Shown piece after piece: positions 8,681 through 17,452 of a stretch of 64,000 nucleotides of DNA. The first letter of the stretch is position 1. Each line of letters starts with the position of its first letter. Location: the NCBI GenBank assembly GCA_030059665.1, contig JANVYR010000002.1, positions 384,001 through 448,000 on the forward strand, given 5' to 3'. The notes under the pieces were generated by a model, which was not told the origin of the DNA, ran no database searches, and saw only the letters and a list, made by a program, of their open reading frames with translations. The translations under genes and the position numbers were made by a program. The stretch is from Candidatus Calditenuis fumarioli (GTDB lineage Archaea; Thermoproteota; Nitrososphaeria_A; Caldarchaeales; Calditenuaceae).

Positions 8681-9112
8681 TGCACGTTCATAAGGAATGT
8701 GAGTTAGTGTCCAGGCTCCTGAAGGAGGTTTTGGTTCAGATAGGGGAGACGCAGGCGATACCCGTCCTCGAGCAGTTGATGACGTAGAAGAGGGATAAGG
8801 GGGTATGGCATATCACAAGCAGTTCATTTTTGTGCTCTTGAATCCCGAATCCGCGCGACCCAGTTTTTCTCGACGGCCGAAAGGTCATCATAGATATCGA
8901 CGACCTTTACGAGCTGCTATACGTCATCTCGGGAAGCAACGGATGCGGTCATACATGGCCAAAGATATACGCCGAGGAGGTGGTGGAGTGGACGACTCCG
9001 CTCGGGGAACCCATTAACATGCCCTACACGGGTCTCGAAACCCAACCATCAAACGATATCTGCTGTGATCCGTTTATTCATTCATCCTATTTATATATTC
9101 TACTTAAGAAAT
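8680..9112 (+). pseudogene. small divergent cargo ORFs: 35-aa ORF (8680-8787) and a frameshifted ORF from ATG 8805
   Basis: MHVHKECELVSRLLKEVLVQIG...; MAYHKQFIFVLLNPESARP shifts frame to VFLDGRKVIIDIDDLYELLYVISG...; no family recognised. Confidence 0.3.
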
Positions 9113-9244
9113 TTAACGGTGCCTTTCGCGCCCTCTTCATCCGAGGCAAGCGTTCACGCAAACCCTTATTAGCAGAATCAATTCGAACGGTGCCCTCGTC
9201 CCGGAGGGCCGTTACCGATACGTACAGGGCCGTTCTATTCTCCG

Positions 9245-9478
9245 GTGATGCTGGTGCGGGTCATCGGCGCGCTCCTCCTCTCGGCGGGGCTCCTGGGGAT
9301 AGCGTTCTACACCACCTCGTTCCTCGGGCTGGTGAGGCTGGTCGACCAGGAGGTGCTCGTGAGGGTGACGGTCTACGCGATAGCCGTCGGAATCCTCGCG
9401 GTGATATCCCTGCTGGGGTACCTGGCGCTTACGGCGCCGGCCCAGCACGTCCGCGTCAACAGGGGTGGTGGCGGATGA
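9245..9478 (+). CDS. small two-TM hypothetical protein
   Basis: 77 aa, hydrophobic, stop overlaps the MEMO1 start. Confidence 0.65.
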   Translation: MMLVRVIGALLLSAGLLGIAFYTTSFLGLVRLVDQEVLVRVTVYAIAVGILAVISLLGYLALTAPAQHVRVNRGGGG

Positions 9479-10332
9479 GGAGGAGCCCTGCTGTGGCCAA
9501 CTACTTCTACGAGGGCAGGCGCGATGCGCTCCTGGAGCAGGTGAGGGGGTGCTTCCTCTCGCCCCACGGACCGGGTGAGCTGCCGGACCCCAAGGGCCCC
9601 GACGTCTCGACGAGGGTACCGCCGGTTCTGGTCTCGCCCCACGCGGGCTACATGTACTCGGGTCCTGTGGCGGCCCACGGGTACCTCGAGCTCTCGAGGT
9701 GCAGGAGGCCGAGAACGGTCGTCGTGGTGGGGCCCAACCACTACGGCATCGGAACCGACGTCTCCGTCTACCCCGGAGGCCGCTGGATCACACCTCTTGG
9801 GGAGGTCGAGGTGGACAGGGAGCTCGCGGCGGTGCTGGCCGAGACCTCGCAGGTCTTCTCGCTCGACGAGCTGAGCCACTCGAGGGAGCACTCGATCGAG
9901 GTCCAGGTGCCGTTCCTCCAGTTCGTCTACGGCGACGGGTTCAGGTTCGTGCCGATCTGCATGCTGGACCAGAGCAGGGAAACGGCGGAGGAGGTCGGAA
10001 GGGCCCTTGCAGAGGCGATAACAAACCCGGAGGAGGTCGTGGTCATCGCCAGCAGCGACTTCACCCACTACGAGCCCCACGACGAGGCGGTGCGGAGGGA
10101 CATGCCCGTGATCGAGAGGATCTTGGAGCTGGACGTCGCTGGGTTCTACCGCGAGATGGAGAGGAGGGAAGCCACGCTGTGCGGTTACGGAGCCATAGCC
10201 GCGGTCATGGAGTACTCCAGACGGAAGGGCTACGCGAAGGCGAGGCTCCTGAAGTACGCCACGAGCGGTGACGTCTCGGGTGACAGGTCCTCTGTCGTCG
10301 GCTACGCGTCCATAGCGTTCTACAAGGACTGA
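9475..10332 (+). CDS. MEMO1 / AmmeMemoRadiSam protein B
   Basis: PAVANYFY, SPHAGYMYSG, GPNHYG, EHSIEVQVPFLQ, ASSDFTHYEP, CGYGAI, YATSGDV; true ATG at 9475. Confidence 0.92.
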   Translation: MRRSPAVANYFYEGRRDALLEQVRGCFLSPHGPGELPDPKGPDVSTRVPPVLVSPHAGYMYSGPVAAHGYLELSRCRRPRTVVVVGPNHYGIGTDVSVYPGGRWITPLGEVEVDRELAAVLAETSQVFSLDELSHSREHSIEVQVPFLQFVYGDGFRFVPICMLDQSRETAEEVGRALAEAITNPEEVVVIASSDFTHYEPHDEAVRRDMPVIERILELDVAGFYREMERREATLCGYGAIAAVMEYSRRKGYAKARLLKYATSGDVSGDRSSVVGYASIAFYKD

Positions 10333-10362
10333 GCGGTTGAGAAAAAAGAGGAGTGAGAGCTC

Positions 10363-11637
10363 TCAGGGCCAGATGTTGAGGAGCTTGATGGCCTCGCAGA
10401 CCCGATCGACGGCGAGGCACATCGCGCCCATCCTGTTGCTGACCGCGTACTTCCTCGAGGTGCTCAGGACGTCGTGGAACGCCTTCACGAGCTTCGCCTC
10501 CATCCTCGAGAGTACCTCCTCCTTCGTCCACCTCTCCCTTTTCAGGTTCTGCACCCACTCGAAGTAGCTCACGGTCACGCCGCCTGCGTTCGCCAGGATG
10601 TCGGGCACCACGAAGACCCCCTTCTCGTTCAGGACCCTGTCGGCGTCCGATGTGACCGGGCCGTTCGCTCCCTCGGAGATTACCTTGGCCTTCACCCCCT
10701 CGACGGTCTTGGCGTTAATGGACCCCTCGACGGCCGCGGGAACGAGGGCGTCCACGTCGAGGTGCAGCAGCTCCTCATCGGTGATGGCCTTGGCGCCCTC
10801 GAACCCCAGAACGGATCCCGTCCGCCGCTTGTGCTCGATCAGCTTCGGGACGTTGAGCCCCTCGGGGTTGTAGATTCCGCCCTTGCTGTCGCTGACCGCC
10901 ACCACCTTCGCTCCCCACTCGTGCAGGTAGAGCGCCGCGTAGCTCCCCACGTTCCCGAAGCCCTCGACGGCCACCCTCAGTCCCTTGATGCCCATGTTGA
11001 GCGCCTTCGCGGCCTCCCTCAGCCCGATCGCGACCCCGAGGCCCGTAGCCTCCTCCCTCCCCTCGCTTCCCCCCAGCGATATCGGCTTCCCGGTGACCAC
11101 CTCGGGAGTCTGGCGGCCCGCGAGCTGCGAGTAGGTGTCCATGATCCAGGCCATCACCTGCGCGTCGGTGTACACGTCGGGTGCCGGTATGTCCTTGTAG
11201 GGGCCTATGACGTCGTAGATCATGTAGGTGTACCTCCTGGTTATCCGCTCTATTTCCTCCCGCGTCAGCTCCTTGGGGTTGCACGCGACGCCGCCCTTAG
11301 CACCGCCGAAGGGCAGGTCCACGACCGCGCACTTGTAGGTCATCAGCATGGCGAGCGCCGTGACCTCCTCCAAGCTCGTCGTGGGATAGTACCTGATACC
11401 GCCCTTGTATGGACCTCGGGCGTTGTTGTGCTGGACCCGGTATCCTATGAAGGTCCTGATGGAGCCGTCCCTCATCCTGACCGGTATCGAGACCGTCAGC
11501 TGCAGCTTGGGGTGCTTGAGGACCTCGAAGTAGTCGCTGCCGTATCCGGTTATCTCGACCGCCTGTTTGACCTTCTGGACGACGTCCCCGAGGAACTCGG
11601 ACCCCGTGACCTGGGCCCTGAGCTGCGACGAAACCAT
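10363..11637 (-). CDS. gdhA: glutamate dehydrogenase
   Basis: RGPYKGGIRY, KCAVVDLPFGGAKGG, DIPAPDV, VEGFGNVG, EGANGP, PDILANAGGVTVSYFEWVQN; SD GGTGAGG upstream of the ATG. Confidence 0.96.
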   Translation of the reverse strand: MVSSQLRAQVTGSEFLGDVVQKVKQAVEITGYGSDYFEVLKHPKLQLTVSIPVRMRDGSIRTFIGYRVQHNNARGPYKGGIRYYPTTSLEEVTALAMLMTYKCAVVDLPFGGAKGGVACNPKELTREEIERITRRYTYMIYDVIGPYKDIPAPDVYTDAQVMAWIMDTYSQLAGRQTPEVVTGKPISLGGSEGREEATGLGVAIGLREAAKALNMGIKGLRVAVEGFGNVGSYAALYLHEWGAKVVAVSDSKGGIYNPEGLNVPKLIEHKRRTGSVLGFEGAKAITDEELLHLDVDALVPAAVEGSINAKTVEGVKAKVISEGANGPVTSDADRVLNEKGVFVVPDILANAGGVTVSYFEWVQNLKRERWTKEEVLSRMEAKLVKAFHDVLSTSRKYAVSNRMGAMCLAVDRVCEAIKLLNIWP

Positions 11638-11707
11638 CAAGCTCCTCACCGACGACTTCGCCTCGGTCGTTGTCGTGTTTAATTTTAATTTTATGCAGGA
11701 CGTCCGT

Positions 11708-12820
11708 TCAAACGGCCCTTCTCTGCGTTCGGAGAAGCCTCGAAGGTCTGAGACGTTCCAGCTCGTCCGACGTGAGAACTCCTGACCCTCTCGACCTCAG
11801 GAGCTCGTACGCCGCCTCCCCCAGCGCAGGACCTCGCATCAGCCCGTACCCCCTCAGGCCCCCGACCACGACGACGTCTCCGAGCTCGTCAAGCCTGCCC
11901 AGGTACGGATCCATGTCGGGCGTCAGCTCGCACGGTCCCCTTAGCGAGGAGTGGTAGCGGGGCTCGCGCCGCAGCTCGAGGCGTTGAAGCAGCATCTCCA
12001 GGGACCTTCGGACGTAATGGGCCGGCGGCTCCGCAGAGGAGTAGTCGGGCGCATCGGCCCACTCGGCGTCATATCCTCCCCCAACCAGCAGTGTCCCCCA
12101 CCTCCTCCAGTACGAGTGGAGCAGCTCGTCGGAGAACGAGGGTATCTCCAGCTCCTCTCCCAGGTCGAACTTGTACGCGTAGCAGGTGATCACCCTGGTC
12201 CTGATCTCGATGCCGAGGAGTTTGAGCAGCTCGCGGTTGTGGGAGCCAGCGGCCAGGATGAGGCCATCGTGATCGATTTTCTCGCCGCCCTCGAGGACGA
12301 CGCCGGTGACCGCGTTGCCGTCGGTGGCGAAGGACGCAACGCCGCGTTTGACCACTCTCACGTCTTGGGCTTCGAGGACCTCCATCAGCTCGAGGCCTAA
12401 CGCCGGAGGCTCAACCGAGAGGTCCAGGTCGGTGTAGACCCCGATGAGGTCCCGATCGACCCTGAAGGCCGGCCACCTCCCGACGACCTCGGAACCCGTC
12501 AGGATTTCGTGCATGACACCGGCATCCCTGAGGGCCGCGATGGACTCGGAGAGGTCCTCCTCCCTGCCCAGCTGCAGGAAACCGGTCCTGAGGGCGGAGG
12601 ACTTCGCGACGGACCTGATCAGCTCGATGCTGCGCAGAACGAGCCTCACGTCCATAGGGTCCTCCAGCTGGACCGTCACCACTCCCGCGGACCTCGACGC
12701 CGCACCGCCGAGCACTCCCCTCGGGTCTATCAGCGTCACCTCCTCGCCCCTGAAGGCGGCGGAGAGGGCGGCGAAGGCGCCCGCTGGGCCAGCACCTACC
12801 AGCACAAGCCCCCTCGACAC
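11708..12820 (-). CDS. FAD-dependent oxidoreductase (DAO/sarcosine oxidase beta-like)
   Basis: VGAGPAG Rossmann motif, AASRSAG, ELTPDMDPYLG, GLRGYGLMRGPALG. Confidence 0.85.
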   Translation of the reverse strand: MSRGLVLVGAGPAGAFAALSAAFRGEEVTLIDPRGVLGGAASRSAGVVTVQLEDPMDVRLVLRSIELIRSVAKSSALRTGFLQLGREEDLSESIAALRDAGVMHEILTGSEVVGRWPAFRVDRDLIGVYTDLDLSVEPPALGLELMEVLEAQDVRVVKRGVASFATDGNAVTGVVLEGGEKIDHDGLILAAGSHNRELLKLLGIEIRTRVITCYAYKFDLGEELEIPSFSDELLHSYWRRWGTLLVGGGYDAEWADAPDYSSAEPPAHYVRRSLEMLLQRLELRREPRYHSSLRGPCELTPDMDPYLGRLDELGDVVVVGGLRGYGLMRGPALGEAAYELLRSRGSGVLTSDELERLRPSRLLRTQRRAV

Positions 12821-12853
12821 GCTCCTACCTCTGCACCAGACCGGTCAGCCAGC

Positions 12854-14302
12854 TTATGGACCCGACTGGGGCTCGTTGAGCCTCCGGTGGGTCTCGTCGT
12901 CGTACCTCCTGTACTTCAGAATTATCGGGCACCACTCTTTCTCCGGGCAGTAGCCCAGGTGCCTGCACTTCTCGCCCGTAAGCCTCCCCAGCTCGGGCAC
13001 CGACCGCTCCACCTCCCTCCAGATCCGGTAGGCGATCGCCCTCTCCTCCCATTGCGCGGCGCTGCAGGTCCTGGTGGCGACGAAGCCCATCGGGCTCAGC
13101 AGGTTGAAGAGGTCGTAGACCCTGAGCGTCCGTATCCTGACGGCCTGGGGCACCAGGTAGAGGGCAGCGGCAGGCCCGAGCTCCTCGCGGACCGATCGGT
13201 ACAGCTCCAGCATCGAGAGGACCCTCGCCACGAACTCGGAGGTCAACGCCTCGCTCGACCTGAGCCTCGGAGGCACCACCACGGACCGCTCCGGCTCCTT
13301 GAGCGCCCTGTCGGCGGCCTCGACGAGGGACTCGACCGCCGTAGGCACGCTCCTGTGCCTGATCGACTGGTGGTAGGCGACGAGGGATGGCGCCTCGAGA
13401 ACCACGGCCTGAACCGCAGGGTAGACCCTCTCGGCCGTCCTCAGTCCGTCCTGAGAGAGGACCCGGTTCACACCACCGACGGTCATGATGTCGACCAGCT
13501 CCGCGTCCTCTGGCACCCGGTCGCCGAAGAGCGCGCTGAATACGCCGTCACCCTCCCTCAGGGGATCTGGCACCGGGTAGTAGGTCCAGGGGCCCGAGAA
13601 GGCGAGCCGCGAGCCGGTGAGAGACGGCATGAGGTCCGAGAGGAGCGAGATCAAACGGCCCGAGTAGACCTCGAGCTCGGAGGTCACCAGGCCGATCCGG
13701 TGCCTGACCTTCAGGACCGCGTACAGCACCGACTCGAGCGAGGATGCGGAGAAGAACGAGGTCGCGGTGGCCAAAGGCAGGACGTACCTCGCGTCCTCCA
13801 GATCAAGCCCCCGGCTCAGCAGCTCCCGGTAATAGGCGTGGTTTGCGAGCAGGGCGTCCCTCACCCTACCCTCGAGGGCCGTGCCCCTCACCTCCGCCGG
13901 GACGAGCATGCGGTCCGCCGTGACCTCCGACCTCCGCTGGCTCTCCTGGAGGAAGCTACCGAACCGCGCACCCATCACCACCATGCTCAGGAGCCTCGAG
14001 CACCACCTTACCTCGAGGAAGGGGATGGCCGAGGTCGTGAGGGAGGCGTGGCCGCGCCTCGTCGACTCGAAGTGCACCTTTCTCGAGAACTTGGTGACGT
14101 CCTTCCCCCGGCCGATGAGGTCGTTGAGGTTCCGGGAGAGGTGGACCATCGAGAAGGTGCCTACGCCCTCCAGCGCTATCACTTCATCCGGCCCGAGCGA
14201 CCTCCCCGAGAAGGAGACCTTAGGCCCCAGGTCGAGGACGTCGACCTCCAGCTGGTCGGTGTACCTCGGTCCCGCCACACCACTGCCAGACGCACCTGCC
14301 AA
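12854..14302 (-). CDS. thyX: FAD-dependent thymidylate synthase, tandem two-domain form
   Basis: C-terminal HQSIRHRS signature; N-terminal degenerate repeat (QESQRR, EDARYVLP); RTCSAAQWE. Confidence 0.8.
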   Translation of the reverse strand: MAGASGSGVAGPRYTDQLEVDVLDLGPKVSFSGRSLGPDEVIALEGVGTFSMVHLSRNLNDLIGRGKDVTKFSRKVHFESTRRGHASLTTSAIPFLEVRWCSRLLSMVVMGARFGSFLQESQRRSEVTADRMLVPAEVRGTALEGRVRDALLANHAYYRELLSRGLDLEDARYVLPLATATSFFSASSLESVLYAVLKVRHRIGLVTSELEVYSGRLISLLSDLMPSLTGSRLAFSGPWTYYPVPDPLREGDGVFSALFGDRVPEDAELVDIMTVGGVNRVLSQDGLRTAERVYPAVQAVVLEAPSLVAYHQSIRHRSVPTAVESLVEAADRALKEPERSVVVPPRLRSSEALTSEFVARVLSMLELYRSVREELGPAAALYLVPQAVRIRTLRVYDLFNLLSPMGFVATRTCSAAQWEERAIAYRIWREVERSVPELGRLTGEKCRHLGYCPEKEWCPIILKYRRYDDETHRRLNEPQSGP

Positions 14303-14371
14303 TTAGCCGACCTCGCCTTAAGGCGTATCGGATGTTTTATGGCTATTACTACGGGAATCGGTGATCGTAGA

Positions 14372-14432
14372 GGGGCTGTGACGAGCAACGTCCATGCCGA
14401 GCTGTGAGGCGACGATGGGCAGTCTGAGCCCC
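14372..14432 (+). ncRNA. box C/D small RNA
   Basis: GGGGC/GCCCC terminal stem; box C GTGACGA (14378-14384), 12-nt guide, D' CCGA (14397-14400), C' TGTGAGG, 13-nt guide, box D CTGA (14424-14427). Confidence 0.75.
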
Positions 14433-14433
14433 C

Positions 14434-14940
14434 TCAGACGCGCTCACGTTCCGATCCTCGCGACCTCGCCCATTCCCTCAGTCCAATCTCCTGCTCCGGC
14501 TCGACGGACCCTGGCCTGACGGACCTGACCCTCGCGATCGCCTCATCGGGCTGGAGGCCCTCCGTCACGATCAGGTATGCGGCGAGCACGGTTCCGGTCC
14601 TGCCCTGTCCTGCGGCGCAGTGCACCAGCACCTTCTTCCCTGAGGAAATGAGGTCTGCCAGCAGCTTAACGGCCCGCTCCAGCGTCTCCGCGTCCGGCAT
14701 CTCGTGGTCCATCATCGGGACGTGGTGGTACTCGATGCTCAGGCCCTTGAGGAGCTGCGGGGGTATGGGATCCTCGGTCAGCGAGATGATCGCGTTTATC
14801 CCCTGCGCGGCGACGTACTCGAGCTGGGACCTGCTCACTGGCCTGCCCGAAGCCGCTATCTGGCCGTTGAACCAGCCGAAGTTGTAGGGCCTATCGGCGA
14901 ACGCCGCCCTGATCCTCCTCATCAGGTCGCCCGGCGTCAA
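14434..14940 (-). CDS. dual-specificity protein phosphatase
   Basis: HCAAGQGRTG (CX5R) motif; start uncertain (TTG 14940 or ATG 14922). Confidence 0.9.
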   Translation of the reverse strand: MTPGDLMRRIRAAFADRPYNFGWFNGQIAASGRPVSRSQLEYVAAQGINAIISLTEDPIPPQLLKGLSIEYHHVPMMDHEMPDAETLERAVKLLADLISSGKKVLVHCAAGQGRTGTVLAAYLIVTEGLQPDEAIARVRSVRPGSVEPEQEIGLREWARSRGSERERV

Positions 14941-15040
14941 CGCTCGACCCCTCACGTTGCCATCATGCCCTCCTAAGAAACCGCTCGGTCCTCGAACGCG
15001 TTGGGCCAACACAAAAATCGTCCGCTAGGACGCTCTTCGT

Positions 15041-15436
15041 GTGTACCAGCTCAGGCTTCGGGACCTGATCAAGAGGAGGCCCATCACCGTCGAGAGCGGA
15101 GCCACCGTCCACGACGTCATCAAGATCATGGCCAGAGAGAACGTCGGGTTCCTGATCGTGAGGGAGGGTGATGAGGTGGTGGGCGTCCTCTCCGAGCGGG
15201 ACGTCATCCGAGTCCTGGCGGAGGAGGGGGACCTGCGGAAGAGGGTCGGGGAGTTCTGCAGGAGGGACATCATCAAGCTCAGGGAGGACAGCACGCTCGA
15301 GGAGGCCGCTCAGGCGATGGGGAGGCACAGGATAAGGCACATCGTGGTCGAGAACGAGCGGGGTGAAGTCGTGGGGGTCGTCTCGGTCAGGGACCTGCTG
15401 GAGGAGCTGTTCGGCCCCGGCACGAAGACCGACTGA
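15041..15436 (+). CDS. CBS domain pair protein
   Basis: two CBS repeats (VVGVLSERDV, VVGVVSVRDL). Confidence 0.9.
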   Translation: MYQLRLRDLIKRRPITVESGATVHDVIKIMARENVGFLIVREGDEVVGVLSERDVIRVLAEEGDLRKRVGEFCRRDIIKLREDSTLEEAAQAMGRHRIRHIVVENERGEVVGVVSVRDLLEELFGPGTKTD

Positions 15437-15531
15437 CGTGACACGCAACCTGACGTCGGCCCTCCCCGCCGTCCCTCCCTCCGTCGGACCCGAAAACCAT
15501 CAAGAGCGACCGGGTTGAGCTGTTACCCGGG

Positions 15532-16428
15532 ATGGAGGTCACGGTGATCGGCGGCCCCGCATCGGCCGAGCAGGCGAGGAGGCTCGCGGTGGAGCTCGGC
15601 GCTGAGTACGTCCCTGTGGAACACAAGCTCTTCCCCGACGGCGAGTCCTACCTGCGCTTCGTGGCCGACCTGAAGGGCAGATGCGTCGTCGTCTTCCAGG
15701 GCACGCACCCCCCTCAGGACAGGAACCTGCTGCAGCTGCTGATGATCTCGAAAACGGCTCGTGAGAGGGGAGCATCGAGGGTCCTCGCGGTCGTCCCGTA
15801 CCTCGCGTACGCCAGGCAGGACAGGGAGTTCCTCCAAGGCGAGGTCGTCAGCATCAGGGTCGTCCTCCACGCGATGAGGTGCGCCGGCGTTGACGCACTT
15901 CTGACGGTGAACCCGCACTCGCCCTGGGCCCTCGAGGCCGGTGGGCTGGAGTCCATCCAAGTGGACGTGACGAAACTCCTCGCCCGGAAGGCGGCAGAGT
16001 CCCACGGGCCGTTCGATGTGGTGGGCTCTCCGGGGAAGAAAGGTCGCTCCATGGCGGAGGCTGCAGCCGAGGAGATAGGGGCCGTTCCTTTCCACCTCGT
16101 GAGCTCGAGGGATCCGATGACGGGGAAGGTGGAGGTGCGCGTTGACGGCCTCGACGTCGCGGGCAAGAGGGTCCTGCTGATCGACGACATCATCAGCACC
16201 GGAGGCACGATGGCCGATGCGGTTCGTGGCCTTCTCAGGTCTGGCGCGAGGGAGGTGATCGTCTCGTGCGTCCACGGCCTCTTCGTCGGCGACGCGGTGG
16301 AACGCCTGCTCGGCGCAGGGGCATCGGCTCTGATATCGACCGACACCGTGCCCACTGACCACTCGAGGGTCTCCGTGGTCAGCGAGCTGGCCAAGGCCGT
16401 CGGCGCGTGGGCCTCTGCGAAGCGATGA
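15532..16428 (+). CDS. prs: ribose-phosphate pyrophosphokinase
   Basis: FPDGESYLR, VPYLAYARQDR, LIDDIISTGGTM, CVHGLF. Confidence 0.95.
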   Translation: MEVTVIGGPASAEQARRLAVELGAEYVPVEHKLFPDGESYLRFVADLKGRCVVVFQGTHPPQDRNLLQLLMISKTARERGASRVLAVVPYLAYARQDREFLQGEVVSIRVVLHAMRCAGVDALLTVNPHSPWALEAGGLESIQVDVTKLLARKAAESHGPFDVVGSPGKKGRSMAEAAAEEIGAVPFHLVSSRDPMTGKVEVRVDGLDVAGKRVLLIDDIISTGGTMADAVRGLLRSGAREVIVSCVHGLFVGDAVERLLGAGASALISTDTVPTDHSRVSVVSELAKAVGAWASAKR

Positions 16429-17444
16429 GGAGGTTCGTCGCGCTCATCTCGGGCGACAACGTCCAGCTGGGCCTCGGAGAACTGAACGCGCTGCTCGACG
16501 TTCTGGGAGGGTCCCTCGCGACCGAGAGGACCCACGAGAGGCTGCCCGAGTTCACGGCAGACCTGCGGGCTGCGCGCGACGCTGCGTGGAGGTCGGCCTT
16601 CGTCAAGGAGTCGGTCCTGAAGCTGTTCGAGGTGGGACTCGAAGAGTTCGGGAGGCCCTTCGACCCGCTCGTCGAAGACCTTCCGCGGCCCGCTGGCCCC
16701 ATCGCAGTCAGGGCCCTTAAGCTGGAGGAGGTCCCTCTCGGGAGGACCGAGGTGGAGAGGTGGGTTGCGGCGAACCTGCTCGAGCGCTGGAGGGGCCTGA
16801 AGGTCGACCTCGAGAACCCGAGGGAGGTGATCAGGGTCTTCGTCACGTCGAGGTGCGCGGTCGGAGGACTCCTCGTCGGTGTGAGGGACAACGAGGGCAT
16901 CGCCAGGAGGTCGCCCGTCAACAGGCCCTTCAGGTTGCCGTCGACGCTCAAGCCCAAGGAGGCCAGGGTCGTGGTGAACCTAGCGAGGGTCCCACGGGGT
17001 GGCACGGTCTTCGACCCGTTCGCCGGCTCCGGCGCGATACTCCTCGAGGCCTCTGCGTTGGGTTACGAGGCTCTGGGCACCGAGGTGAAGGGTTGGATAG
17101 CCCGCGGTGCGAGGAGGAACCTCAAGGCTCTCGGTCTGGGAGAGAGGTCCGATGTGATCGCGGCGGACGCGAGACACCTTCCCTTGCGGCGTGCTCCGGA
17201 CGGCGTGGCAACCGATCCTCCATACGGTAAGTCCACCACGGTCGTCGGCGGCAGGAGGTCCGAGCTGGTCGACGAGGTGATCGGAGAACTACTCGATGCG
17301 ATGGAGCGGGGCAGGAGGGCCGTCGTCGTTTACCCCGCCGGTTCCGATATGCCCGGGATACTGACGTCGGGAAGGGTGGTGGAGCGTTACTCCTACAAGG
17401 TCCACTCGTCTCTGGTGAGGACCGTGAACGTCCTCGTCGCTTGA
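16425..17444 (+). CDS. THUMP-domain tRNA methyltransferase (Trm11/TrmG10-like)
   Basis: THUMP-like N-terminus, FDPFAGSGAILLEA, ATDPPYG. Confidence 0.8.
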   Translation: MRRFVALISGDNVQLGLGELNALLDVLGGSLATERTHERLPEFTADLRAARDAAWRSAFVKESVLKLFEVGLEEFGRPFDPLVEDLPRPAGPIAVRALKLEEVPLGRTEVERWVAANLLERWRGLKVDLENPREVIRVFVTSRCAVGGLLVGVRDNEGIARRSPVNRPFRLPSTLKPKEARVVVNLARVPRGGTVFDPFAGSGAILLEASALGYEALGTEVKGWIARGARRNLKALGLGERSDVIAADARHLPLRRAPDGVATDPPYGKSTTVVGGRRSELVDEVIGELLDAMERGRRAVVVYPAGSDMPGILTSGRVVERYSYKVHSSLVRTVNVLVA

Positions 17445-17452
17445 GCTCGACC

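Larger units (their letters stand above)
7061..9118 (-). mobile_element. IS110-like insertion with cargo, bounded by a TTAACG direct repeat (7061-7066 and 9113-9118)
   Basis: lower-GC block; IS110-like ORF; 6-bp direct repeat with 2052-bp period; joined flanks match guide-like segments in the 3' non-coding region. Confidence 0.75.

Noticed and set aside
8690-9110. TIGR-type or CRISPR-like periodic array beside the IS110/Nop-like gene
   Set aside because: No 36-nt or other periodicity was visible on either side; only the two-guide RNA was found.
8980-9474. N-terminal extension of the 450-aa ORF that includes MEMO1
   Set aside because: It reads through the element junction and another gene; the MEMO1 motif begins at ATG 9475.
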